NCBI GenBank assembly: GCA_020632095.1
Contig: JACKGF010000001.1
Location: 444,937-508,936 of the forward strand
Direction of reading: 5' to 3'
Length of the DNA stretch: 64,000 nucleotides
Origin: Candidatus Nomurabacteria bacterium
GTDB taxonomy: Bacteria; Patescibacteriota; Minisyncoccia; Phycocordibacterales; UBA918
Shown here: positions 49,176 to 60,600 of the stretch, in pieces
How the letters are laid out: the number at the start of each line of letters is the position of its first letter
How positions within the stretch are numbered: position 1 is the first letter of the stretch
Program-made: the position numbers and the translations under genes
Notes under the pieces: generated by a model
Seen by the model: only the letters and a program-made list of their open reading frames with translations
The model's database searches: none
Told to the model about the DNA's origin: nothing

Positions 49176-50795
49176 TCATTCTTTATCCTCACCTTGACGC
49201 CGATAAATTACGTAAATAATAATTAAAATTATCAATAACAAAAAAAATACCACCGAAAACAATACTATTTTTGATGGCCGAAACAACATATCTGGAAACA
49301 CCACCTCACCACTCTCAACCATCGGACCAACAAATGAAATTGGTCCTTGATACTTAGCCACCACCAAGGCTTCGTAGTCATAAATTTCAATAATTAATCT
49401 TGATTTACCAACCACCCCAAGTGATGAGACCATCGCTTCATAAGCAGACTGGTCTTTGTTGATACGCAATAAAAATGAATACTGTTGACGATTGTCAGTT
49501 GGGTCTAACAATGTAACTATGATTGATTTTAAGTTACCAGCGATAGTTTTCTGGGGAATTGATATCTTGAAGGTTCGATCACTTGTGAGGACAATGTCTG
49601 TATCAATCAGTGAATAATTCTGCTCTCCTTGCTCGATGAATATCTGACCAAGTTCGGGCATTTTCATATCAGGTGTCACTCTTTCGACAACCACACTTGA
49701 GGTCGCTTCCTCGGTAATAATTGGTTTACCAATTGGATTATTTACCCCAGAAGGATAACCTCCAATTTCTCCAGTAACACTACTTGAATCAGCAAAAACA
49801 ATGGTCACTGCTCCCGAAGAGACATTACCATAGTTATCGACCACAAAAGCCGTGTAATAAACGGGAGAATACTGACTTAGGATATTTTCATCAAGCACCG
49901 AGGAACCGGTTCCTTGATATACTATCGCACCATCTTGAGGATGAGCTGGAAATCCAATATAACTACGGAGAATTCGAACGTATGAAATATTGTCTCCTTC
50001 CGGTATCTTCCAACTTAATTTAACATTTTCGCCTGTTGCCTCCGCTAAAAACCTAGACACATTAACTGGCGGTAAAACTAAAGCTTTGCTTAAGGTGGTA
50101 AATTGACCATTTTTAACAACCGTCTGGTGACCAGACGGAGTATAGCCAATTATCTGATACTCATAAGTTGTCCCAGGCTCCAAATCTGTCAATAAAACAT
50201 TATGTGACTTTGTATAGGCTTCACGAACAACATAACCTAATTCATACGAAGTACTCTTTCCCCATCTTAATTCAAGCCTGGCCGGAAAAGATGAATTTGC
50301 TTTTATACTTGTAGTAGATACCCCCGGAATGATTTGAAAATCATTTAATACTACTCGAGCTACGGTACTCTCAACTGGATTACTTTCAGGTTCCACTGGC
50401 ACAACTACCACCGGGTTATCTGGTGTTGTAGTCGATAACGAATTAGACGAGGTTGAATAATTAAGAGCAACATCAAAAGCTCTCACAGAATAGGAATAGG
50501 TAGTTGAAGCAGTTAACCCGGTATCGGAATAACTGGTCAAAGTTGTTGTTGCGATTGGTGTACCATCACGAGATACTGAGTACCCAGAAACTGCATAATT
50601 ATCGGTAGACGAAGACCAACTTAAATCAATCTGAATTGGAGCAATTGGGACAGCCGAAAGTAGAGTTGGTGTCGATGGTGGAATAAAATCATCAATTATA
50701 AAAGTCCTGACACTGAAAGAACCCGTATCAACCTGAGCTAGAGCAAGCTGTAGCGGTAAAAAAAATATTAAAAATAAAGCTATTTTTTTCATCAC
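49176..50795 (-). CDS. cell-surface protein with fibronectin type III domains and C-terminal TM anchor
   Basis: signal peptide; FN3-like repeats (LSWSSSTDNYAVSGYSV...YSYSVRAFD); C-terminal hydrophobic anchor and RRQGEDKE tail. Confidence 0.55.
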   Translation of the reverse strand: MMKKIALFLIFFLPLQLALAQVDTGSFSVRTFIIDDFIPPSTPTLLSAVPIAPIQIDLSWSSSTDNYAVSGYSVSRDGTPIATTTLTSYSDTGLTASTTYSYSVRAFDVALNYSTSSNSLSTTTPDNPVVVVPVEPESNPVESTVARVVLNDFQIIPGVSTTSIKANSSFPARLELRWGKSTSYELGYVVREAYTKSHNVLLTDLEPGTTYEYQIIGYTPSGHQTVVKNGQFTTLSKALVLPPVNVSRFLAEATGENVKLSWKIPEGDNISYVRILRSYIGFPAHPQDGAIVYQGTGSSVLDENILSQYSPVYYTAFVVDNYGNVSSGAVTIVFADSSSVTGEIGGYPSGVNNPIGKPIITEEATSSVVVERVTPDMKMPELGQIFIEQGEQNYSLIDTDIVLTSDRTFKISIPQKTIAGNLKSIIVTLLDPTDNRQQYSFLLRINKDQSAYEAMVSSLGVVGKSRLIIEIYDYEALVVAKYQGPISFVGPMVESGEVVFPDMLFRPSKIVLFSVVFFLLLIILIIIYVIYRRQGEDKE

Positions 50796-51556
50796 AAAGG
50801 TAAAGCAGTTATAGTGGTGGTAGCTGTATAAACACCAGCAATTACACCAGCTCCACTACCGATCCCGACCCTGAAACGCACCGTAGTAGTAGCTCCAGCT
50901 GGATGATTTGAACCAATACCTTCTGCTATCGACACTGATGTGGTCGACAAACCATCCCAACAAGTCAGCGTATTGTTATATGAACCTGAGTTACAAGTAC
51001 CAGCATTATCATCCAGAAACTCTTGCACCACATCAACTCCCTCCGGCGTAAAACCAAACGAAGCAGTTCCACCACTGATAAGGAAAGATGGATCTGGATC
51101 AACTCCAGCATTATAGTCAGCAATTGTGTAAGGGCCATTTTGCATCGCTGGATCATTTTGAGCCTCGATCGTTAGACGATACCCAGACGGACTATCTGTA
51201 ATAACAGTAAAGGTAGTTGACCCATTGGAAGTACCCCCAGTTAGACCAGGCAAATCTGGTGACATAACTACATCTCCAGTCGTAGTTAAGCTAACATACA
51301 CTTCTTGCATCTGTTGATATCCCGCTCGCAAAGAGTAAGAAGTACTATCAGACGGACCAGTGGCTATTTCACCGACTGTACTCTCCTGCACATAAGAAGT
51401 TGAAGACGAAAAACCGCCACCGATATTTATACTATCACTTTGTAACTGATAATTAGTACTAGTACGAACCTGCGCTTGAGTAACATTTAATAACAGTAAC
51501 AACACTGTCAGAACTGCGGTAGATACTAAGGAACTGATGATTTGCTTATAGACCAT
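50792..51556 (-). CDS. secreted protein, paralog B of the cassette
   Basis: signal peptide; shares PSFGF, TCW and YTATTT blocks with 52651..53358. Confidence 0.55.
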   Translation of the reverse strand: MVYKQIISSLVSTAVLTVLLLLLNVTQAQVRTSTNYQLQSDSINIGGGFSSSTSYVQESTVGEIATGPSDSTSYSLRAGYQQMQEVYVSLTTTGDVVMSPDLPGLTGGTSNGSTTFTVITDSPSGYRLTIEAQNDPAMQNGPYTIADYNAGVDPDPSFLISGGTASFGFTPEGVDVVQEFLDDNAGTCNSGSYNNTLTCWDGLSTTSVSIAEGIGSNHPAGATTTVRFRVGIGSGAGVIAGVYTATTTITALPL

Positions 51557-51559
51557 ACT

Positions 51560-52633
51560 TTAACCTTTACGCTTAAATTCAAACGTACGGAAAAAGGCTC
51601 TAATACCGAAAATTATAACAAACAAAACAAAGAACATTCCACCGACAATTTTCCAGGGCATCACCCAAAAAGAAACTGATACCTTATCAACAATATCGTC
51701 ATAACCACGGTTAACTTTGGCGGTTGCAGTATACCTACCAAGCAAGAATTCTCTGTCCCAAGTAATCTCTCGCAACCGGAGAGATTTCGGCAAAACAAAC
51801 CATGGTTCAAGTTCAATAAACCCGACTTCTTCACCAAACATATTTTTTATCGACAGTTCACCATATGGGTTCACATGAACAGAACCAGTATTTTCGTATA
51901 AGATACCAAAATCAATTGGACCTTTCTCATACCACCATTTGTTTCTAGTTAGTGAGATATCCGATGTTTTTCCCTCAATTACAACGTCACCTCGCACCCG
52001 TAAAAAGAACAGCGAGCCAACCCTAGCTATAATCGGTGAGCGAGGAGCCGCAGAAACTTCAGAATCAGCCTTACGCACTGTAGAAACTAAAACACTACCA
52101 TAATACCCTCCGGGCGAGGTGTTGGGTGGAACAGTTATTGTAATTGGAATACGAGCTCTTTCACCCAAATCAAGAGTGAAGTTGTCTTCCGGAAAACTAA
52201 TAAAGTCCCTAATGCTGTATGGCCCTACTTTATCACCCGTCAAACTAACAGCACTACTACCATCATCACTACCAGTAATGTCTTCAATCTCAAGCAAAAA
52301 AGATCTGTCAGCACTAATACGGTTTGTAACTGTTATTTCTCGAGTTACAGTCTCTCCTGGACTTACTTCTATCTCCGTTCTACCAGGACCAACCACGAAA
52401 TCACCAACGTCTATGTTTCCTGAGATTCTCTCTGAACGGTACCACAACTCATCATCTTGAGTTAAATCAATCGGTACCACTAACTCGGTAGTTGAAGCGG
52501 TAGACGAAGAAGTTGCTTTAACATTAGTAATATCGTTTTTTTGCTGCGCAAACACCTCTCCAGTGAGAGGTGTAGCAAGAAGCAAAATTGAACAAGCAAC
52601 ACTAATTCTTTTAACAAAAGTAGTCATATCCAT
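51560..52633 (-). CDS. surface protein with signal peptide and C-terminal TM anchor
   Basis: 357 aa; N-terminal signal; C-terminal WKIVGGMFFVLFVIIFGI TM and basic tail. Confidence 0.5.
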   Translation of the reverse strand: MDMTTFVKRISVACSILLLATPLTGEVFAQQKNDITNVKATSSSTASTTELVVPIDLTQDDELWYRSERISGNIDVGDFVVGPGRTEIEVSPGETVTREITVTNRISADRSFLLEIEDITGSDDGSSAVSLTGDKVGPYSIRDFISFPEDNFTLDLGERARIPITITVPPNTSPGGYYGSVLVSTVRKADSEVSAAPRSPIIARVGSLFFLRVRGDVVIEGKTSDISLTRNKWWYEKGPIDFGILYENTGSVHVNPYGELSIKNMFGEEVGFIELEPWFVLPKSLRLREITWDREFLLGRYTATAKVNRGYDDIVDKVSVSFWVMPWKIVGGMFFVLFVIIFGIRAFFRTFEFKRKG

Positions 52634-52650
52634 AATGACTACAGATTACC

Positions 52651-53358
52651 TTATTGGGCAAAGAGTGACAAGGTTGCGGTAGCTGTATAGGTCTGAGCAG
52701 TCGGAACTGGAAGAGCTCCACTTGGCACATTAACTTTAAATTGAATGGTCGAGGTAGCTCCAGTCACAGCAGAAGTCGTCCGATCAACAATTCTGAAAGC
52801 GGTTGTGGCCGGAGACTTCCAACAAGTCTCTGCAGTTTCACTGGTGTCGTTATTACAAACAGCACCGTTGTTATGGAAGGAAGGATCGGTATCACCAATA
52901 GTAGCTGAAGTAACTGTGTAAGCAAACTGAGCCGCTGTACTAGCAGTAAAACCAAATGATGGCTCACCTCCAACATCACTACTGTAGTCGCGAAGAGCTT
53001 CACTAGCATCATTGTCACCAATCATCGCCTCTGGTGTACCATTGTTCTCAAAAGCTATTTCTACATAATATCCAGTAGAATTGTTTGACTGAACAACAAA
53101 ATCTGTTGTTCCTGTAGCATTACCTCCTGTCACACCACTTATACTACCAGCCATAGTCACATTACTTGGGTACACCAAGAAAGAAGTTTCATCGGTGATA
53201 GTTTGGCGAATCCTGAAATCTGGCGCCACCTCATCTCCATAACTAATCATTGGCTCCGCCAGAAAAAAGGAGGCGCATAGTAAAGTAACTATGGTGCCAG
53301 TAGCCGTGAGAGCGTAGAGTGCTGACCGCTTGTAGTGTGTTTGTGTTCTATTTATCAT
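52651..53358 (-). CDS. secreted protein, paralog A of the cassette
   Basis: signal peptide; conserved blocks shared with 50792..51556. Confidence 0.55.
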   Translation of the reverse strand: MINRTQTHYKRSALYALTATGTIVTLLCASFFLAEPMISYGDEVAPDFRIRQTITDETSFLVYPSNVTMAGSISGVTGGNATGTTDFVVQSNNSTGYYVEIAFENNGTPEAMIGDNDASEALRDYSSDVGGEPSFGFTASTAAQFAYTVTSATIGDTDPSFHNNGAVCNNDTSETAETCWKSPATTAFRIVDRTTSAVTGATSTIQFKVNVPSGALPVPTAQTYTATATLSLFAQ

Positions 53359-53466
53359 GATAATGCTAAGTAACTTATAATCTGCTTAAACTTATAACCT
53401 TATTATATCAGCATAATTTTGTAGGGATGTCTGATTTATACAGAGATATGTGTATATCTACTATAG

Positions 53467-54498
53467 TTACGGTAGATAGCTTGTGTTTTTAGCTACCTGA
53501 TTGTCAATATCGTAATTAATAATATCCTTGGCATCGTTAGGGTCCATATTTATAGCCTTTGCCACCAACTCTGCAAAAGCGTCTCGTGCGTACAAATTAG
53601 TATTATTATTGAAGTAGTCATCTACAGCATTACCTTTTAGAGCAGTTATGTAAGGATGGAGCCAGACGTAATATGCTTCCCAGTCATTCCCAAATTGTTG
53701 AGCTACAATATCAACTTCCAATTGGCTTCCACTACTATAAACATCTTCCTTACCACTTAAATTATTGATTACGACTGCCCATCCCCAAATCGGGGTATTC
53801 ATACCAGTAGTTCCATTTCTTTTTGCAAACAAGTGTATTTCATCAATTACGTCAGGAATAACTGTGACAGTTTGAGTGATCATCGCAAATGCAGAAATTG
53901 ACACACCAAAGTCAGTCGCCAATAAATTCAGAACTTCAGTAGTGGTGGTACTGTTGTAACTTTTACTAAAAGAACCATTAGTATTTGTAAATAAAGTAAC
54001 TAATGATTTAGAATTTGGCAGGTCAATTTCAATAGCAATTTTAGTCACACTTGGTAGAGAAACATTTGAAAAATTGGTTACAACCTGCGTTCCAACAGGA
54101 GCTGATGGTGAAGTTAGTAACTGAGTATAATTGCTAGCTATCCACCCCTGCGGACCACCAGCAAATCTAACTTTGTACCACAGTATCCCTCCTGAGACCT
54201 GAGGATCATCTATAATAATAGCCACTTTATCCTTAGGAACAACTTGTCTAACTGGATTAAAAATGCCTGGTCCAGTCCTAACATTTAAATTATCAGTTAG
54301 CTTTACCCAACTAGCAATCAACGGTGATCTGGGGCTTTGTTGTGCTGGTTGCACAGAACCTAGCATCATGTTTGCTACAGAAGAGTAAGCGTCTCCATTG
54401 TCAGCCTTAGCGACACCCGGATTTAAACAAATTAAAAGTGCCAACATGGTTAAAACTGAACCTGTTGCAAGATAGTTATTTTTAATTAAAGCCTTCAT
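53467..54498 (-). CDS. secreted SH3b-domain protein
   Basis: signal peptide; bacterial SH3-like NVRTGPG...YKV segment. Confidence 0.5.
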   Translation of the reverse strand: MKALIKNNYLATGSVLTMLALLICLNPGVAKADNGDAYSSVANMMLGSVQPAQQSPRSPLIASWVKLTDNLNVRTGPGIFNPVRQVVPKDKVAIIIDDPQVSGGILWYKVRFAGGPQGWIASNYTQLLTSPSAPVGTQVVTNFSNVSLPSVTKIAIEIDLPNSKSLVTLFTNTNGSFSKSYNSTTTTEVLNLLATDFGVSISAFAMITQTVTVIPDVIDEIHLFAKRNGTTGMNTPIWGWAVVINNLSGKEDVYSSGSQLEVDIVAQQFGNDWEAYYVWLHPYITALKGNAVDDYFNNNTNLYARDAFAELVAKAINMDPNDAKDIINYDIDNQVAKNTSYLP

Positions 54499-54642
54499 AA
54501 GAATAATGTTATAATTAGATAATTTATAAACTTAGTAATATTATACGCAAAACAATTAATGGTGTTAGCTAAAAATATATTATTTGGGGATAGTCCTTTT
54601 TAGCATCTGATTACTCTAAATTTTTAACGAGTACCTTAATCC

Positions 54643-57600
54643 CTAAATCCCCCCGCCCCCGCCAGCACCACCGCCACCGGCTTGGTGGAATATGCGGACC
54701 TCCAGAGCGTCGAGATTGAGGGTATTGCCACCGGGTTGAGCGGTCACCCTTAGTCTGAAGAGTGCATTGGAGAAGTTGGCTGGAGTCCAACTGCGACCCC
54801 ATTTGTCTGACGCTCCCCCCACGGTGTAGACCACGTCGGTACCAATGAGGGCTGGGGTGGCTTTAGCGGTGGTGTATGAGCTACCACCATCCCAAGAGAG
54901 TGAGACATCGACGGTGCCACTGGCAGTAGTACCGGAAATGTCTAGTTTAACGGCAATTCCTTCGATGGTATTAGAACCAGGGATATTGAAGCCAAAGGTA
55001 TCGTAGCTTTGTTTGAGGTTGATGGTTGCCGCAGTAGCGTAGACACCATCGGAGAGAAAGGCGTTGGATGGATTGGTCCACTCATTGTCTATATCACCAG
55101 TGGCGGTTGGTCGGAAGAAGTTAACGTCAGCGGCGATGTTTTCGCCGTCGACTGGTTGTCCGACTTCCCCACCTCCATCATCGCCACCCCCAAAGACATC
55201 ACCATCACCATCCGGTGGAGCGCCGCCAATGCGGTCAGACTTGCTACCAGCGCCGTGTTGGTTACGGATATGTTGAATATAGTCTACGGTGTTAGTCATG
55301 GCGGTCGAAACATCTGCTGTGATACCAATAGATGGGAGACTAATGACAACCGCGGCGTTACCGTTGATGGAGACAGTGTCTCCGATTAGGAGGTAGTCGG
55401 CACTGGAGGTAGCACTGAAGTCGCTACTGAAAGTGATAGCGCCGTGTTGACCGTTGATGGTTAAGATACCGGACGCATCTATCTGTGTGTCACCACCGTC
55501 TAGGAGACGGTCACTGTTGTTGTCTTTGTATAGTCTGAGATTAATAAGGTCACTAGTGTCTAGCTTCTGGACTCCAGAGAGAGTGAAGACTAGGTCGGTG
55601 ATAGTGATAGTTGATTCGGCTTCGAGGTTGAAGGCGAAGAGAGCGGTGTCGGTTTTGTTTTGGAAACTGAATTCATTGTCGACTTGGCCAAGGGTATGGT
55701 TGGTGGTGGTCGCGTTGACTAAAATTTCGATGAAGTTCCAACAAGTGTTGTTGCCGGCGTCGTAACCAAAAGGATTGTATAGGTCAGCTGGACAACCGTT
55801 ATTATCTTTGACATTTACGTAGTTGACGGTTTGTTGCGTACCTGGTACGTAAAAGTTGGCTTGCGTACCAGGAGTGGAAGAACGGAGCCAGACGTATGAT
55901 CCGCTGGTGCCTTCGAGAGAAATATCTTGGAAGGTGGAGGTGGCACTTGCGGGGAGTTGGAGAGAGGTAGAGGCGAGCATGGTGAGGGTACCGGTGGTAG
56001 TGACTGGGTCGGTGAGGATGACAGATTGAGAACTACTGCCCATACCACTCTGGTTGGTGATGGTTAGACTGGCGAAGGATGAGGTGGCGGTCATGGAGCC
56101 GGTGAGGGTTTGAGGGGTGGTGCCGGAGAGGGTGAGGAGAGATTCGAGGTCATGACGCGGTTGGTGCCTGTTTGCGCCACCGCCACTAAGAGACCGTTGC
56201 CATAGGTGACAGAGGTCCAAGAATTTGCCTCAGAAGCTGCTCGGGCAGTCCAGGTGATACCGTCGGGAGAGGTCATGACGCGGTTGGTGCCAGAGTCAGA
56301 AACTACCACAAAAGGCCGTTGCCGTAAGTAACCGATAGCCATTGGTTTGATTCAGCCGCAGTACGCGCTGTCCAGGTGGTGCCGTCGGGGGAGGTCATGA
56401 CGCGGTTGGTGCCCCAAGCTACCGCCACGAAGAGACCATTGCCGTAAGTGACAGATGTCCAAAAATTTGCTTCTGCTGCAGAACGCGGTGTCCAAGTGAT
56501 ACCATCTGGGGAGGTCATGACGCGGTTGGTGCCATTACCTGACACTGCCACAAAGAGGCCGTTGCCGTAGGTGACAGAGTACCAAGAGTTTGCCTCAGCG
56601 GCGGAGTGTGATGTCCAGGTGATACCATCTGGGGAGGTCATCACTTGGTTGGTGCCGTTACTAGACACAGCCACGAAGAGACCGTTGCCGTAGGTGACAG
56701 ATCCCCAAAAATTTGCTTCCGCTGCGGAGCGGGCGGTCCAATCAATACCGTCAGGAGATGTCATTACCTTTCCGCTTCCCGACACCGCCACAAAGAGACT
56801 GTTACCGTAGGTGACGGAATACCAATCACTTGTTTCAGCCGCTGTACGGGCAGTCCAGGTGATACCGTCGGGAGAGGTCATGACGCGATTGGTGCCGTCT
56901 GAAGATACCGCCACAAAGAGACCGTTGCCGTAGGTTACAGAACGCCAAAGGTTTGCTTCAGCGGCCGATCGCGCACTCCAACTCCTCCCAGCCCCGTTAT
57001 CGAAGGTGCCGTCGGTGTTGGTGTAGTCGCCAGTGACCGAGAGATGTTGAGGGCCACTACTATTGATGAAGTACCAATCGAGAAATCTGAAGTACTGGCG
57101 TTGTTTGAAAAGTCTTAGTCCCTACTCCAGTGAAAGAGACGTTCCTTAGAGCAGAAGTGCCAGTCATGGTGCCAGTGGCGGTTTGGTCGTTGTCGCCATT
57201 TAAGGTGACGAGTGAGTGGGAGGTCATGACGCGGTTAGTGCCGTCTTGTGATATCGCCACAAGTAACCGTTGCCGTAGGTGACAGAGTACCACGTGTTTG
57301 CTTCAGTGGCAGAGCGAGCGGTCCAGGTGATGCCGTCGGGTGAGGTCATGACGCGGTTGGTGCCGGTATTTGAAACTGCCACAAATAAGCCATTGCCGTA
57401 GGTGACGGAGCGCCACTGATTGGCCCCTGCAGCCGAACGAAGAGTCCAAGTGATGCCGTCAGGGGAGGTCATAACTTGGTAGGCGCCAGAATATGACACT
57501 GAAACAAAGAGACCATTACCGTAGGTGACAGATAACCAAGTAACAGCACTAACAGAGTGAGAGGTCCAGGTGATGCCGTCGGGGAGGTCATAACCGTATT

Positions 57601-60600
57601 AAATCCAACAGCCACAAATAAGCCGTTGCCGTAGGTGACGGAATACCAAGAAATCGCAGCAGCAGCCGTACGAGCGGTCCAATTAATACCGTCGGGGGAG
57701 GTCATGACTTGATTAGTACCGTCCCAGGACACCGCAACAAAGAGGCCGTTGCCGTAGGTGACGGAATACCATTGATTTGCTTGTGCGGCAGAGCGAGCGG
57801 TCCAGGTGATGCCGTCGGGGGAGGTCATGACGCGGTTGGTGCCATTTGTAGATACGGCCACAAAGAGGCCGTTGCCGTAGGTGACGGAATTCCAAGAGTT
57901 GGCCGCGGTGGCCGCGCGAGCGGTCCAGGTGATGCCGTCGGGGGAGGTCATGACGCGGTTGGTGCCTGAGTTTGAGATAGCCACAAAAAGGCCGTTGCCG
58001 TAAGCGACGGAACGCCATGAATTTGCCTCCGCCGCTGACTGCGAAGTCCAGTGACTACCTGCCCCATTATTAAAGGTTCCTTCGTTGGTGTAGTTGCCAG
58101 AAATCGCTAGTTGCTCTGGCGCGACGACAGTCGCGCCAGCATTGATGGACACATCATTCGCCAACACCTTCGTCGCCGAAAATGTCTTCGTCCCCGCCCC
58201 GGTGAAGACCGCGTTACCGAGGTGGGTGGTGCTAGAGGCGGTATCACTAATACTCTGCGCACTAGCGCCGTTGAAGGTAGTGGTGCCGGTCTGTGAGGTC
58301 ATGACGCGGTTGGTGCCACTATCTGCAACCGCCACAAAGAGGCCGTTGCCGGATGTGACGGATCGCCATTGGTTTGCTTCAGCCGCCGCGCGAGCGGTCC
58401 AAGTGATGCCGTCAGGAGAAGTCATGACACGATTACCATCTGTTGTAGCATTACACCACGTCGTATTATAACCACACGCCACTGCAACAAAGAGCCCATT
58501 GCCGTAGGTGACGGAGTACCAACTATTTGCCTCAGCGGCAGAGCGAGCGGTCCAATTGATACCGTCAGGAGAAGTCATGGTGCGGTTGGTGCCGTTTTGT
58601 GCTACTGCTACAAAGAGGCCGTTGCCGTAGGTGACGGAATTCCAGCTGTTAGCTTCAGCGGCCGCTCGGGCGGTCCAGATGGTTCCGTCGGGGGAGGTCA
58701 TAACTTGATTAGTACCGCCCCAAGACACAGCCACAAACAGACCGTTGCCGTAAGTGACTGAGGACCATGAATTGGCTTCAGCCGGTGTACGGTCAGTCCA
58801 AGTAATGCCGTCGGGGGAGGTCATTACATCTCCAGTACTAGCCCCATAAGAATCATTATATGGCGCCACAGCCACAAACAGGCCGTTGCCGTAGGTGACG
58901 GAGCTCCATTTTCTTACAACAGCGGCCGAGCGGGCCGTCCAGGTGGTGCCGTCGAGGGAGGTCATGACGCGGTTGGTGCCAGATTCTGCCACCGCCACAA
59001 ACAGGCCGTTGCCGTAGGTGACTGAGGTCCAAGAGTTTGCCTCAGCCGCCGAGCGAGCGGTCCAGGTGATGCCGTCGGGGGAGGTCATGACGCGGTTGGT
59101 GCCAGATTCTGCCACCGCCACAAAGAGACCGTTGCCGTAGGTGACGGAATTCCAAGTGTTTGCCTCAGCAGCGGAGCGAGCGGTCCAAATACCTGCATAT
59201 GCATCATAAGTACTATTATTAGTAAACTGTCCACTCACACTAAGCTCTTCAGCTACAACAACCCCATCATCATTCACTAGATTGGTAGTGGAGGCAGTGG
59301 TATTGATTGTTTTATTATTGGTACCAGTAAAAGAAAGTGTGTTGAAGGCTGATGTGCTTGTGGCTACACCATTAATTATGACTGAATTGTCACCAAGAGC
59401 GGTAACTAGGCTACTGGAAGAAGCAGTCATAACACGGTTGGTGCCGTCAGATGATACAGCTACAAAAGTACCGTTGCCGTAGGTGACTGAAAGCCATGTG
59501 TTTGCTTCAGTAGCAGAACGAGTGGTCCAGGTGATGCCGTCGGGAGAGGTCATAAGTGTTCCACAAGGATCAATATAAGATGAATCTAGATTACATACAG
59601 CAACGAAAAGGCCGTTGCCGTAGGTGACTGATTGCCACTGATTTGCCTCTGCAGCAGAGCGAGCAGTCCAGGTGATGCCGTCGGGGGAGGTCATAAGATT
59701 ATCACAAAGACTGTAAATCAAATCATATGCACACACCGCCACAAACAGGCCGTTGCCGTAGGTGACGGAGTACCAAGCATTTGGTGAGGTAGCAGCCCGG
59801 GCGGTCCAAGTGCTACCGTCGGGGAGGTCATAACTTGGTAGGCGCCAGAATATGACACTGAAACAAAGAGACCATTACCGTAGGTGACAGATAACCAAGT
59901 AACAGCACTAACAGAGTGAGAGGTCCAGGTGATGCCGTCGAGGGAGGTCATGACGCGATTGGTGCCGTCAGCAGATACAGCCACAAAGAGGCCGTTGCCG
60001 TAGGTGATGGAGGTCCATTGGTTTGCCTCGGTGGCAGCACGGGCAGTCCAGGTGACACCATCGGGGGAGGTCATGACGCGGTTGGTGCCGTCAGCAGATA
60101 CAGCCACAAACAGACCGTTGCCGTAGGTGACGGATTTCCATGAGTTAGCTTCAGCCGCTGCACGAGCCGTCCAAGTGATGCCGTCAGGGGAGGTCATGAC
60201 GCGGTTGGTGCCGGTGTTTGAAACCGCCACGAAAAGGCCGTTGCCGTAGGTGACGGAGAACCAGGAGTTTGCCTCCGCCGCACTCCTCGCCGTCCAAACC
60301 GTCCCCTCATTCCCAAAAGTCGTCGTCCCACTATTATGAGTAAAGGTACCATTGTTAGTATAGTCACCCGTAATCGTAATGTTATCGGCCGGAGCGACTA
60401 AGGTAGCGCCAGCGTCGATAGTGATGTCTGTAGTGGTGGCATTGGTAGCAAAGGTGTAAGTACCAGTTCCCCCGAACTTGAGGTTACCAATTGGTTGGGT
60501 AGCAGTGATAGTCTTCCCTGTCGTACTAGCATTAAAGTAGATAGTGCCGTGGTTACCGACTAGAGCCGTCGAAGAAGCTGATAGATTACCAGCGAGTGTA

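Noticed and set aside
50792-53358. Calling the paralogous secreted proteins WxL-domain or SCPU pilins
   Set aside because: TCW and CWK motifs and the neighbouring signal-plus-C-terminal-TM protein are suggestive, but no true WxL or SCPU signature could be verified by eye. Left as unclassified paralogs.
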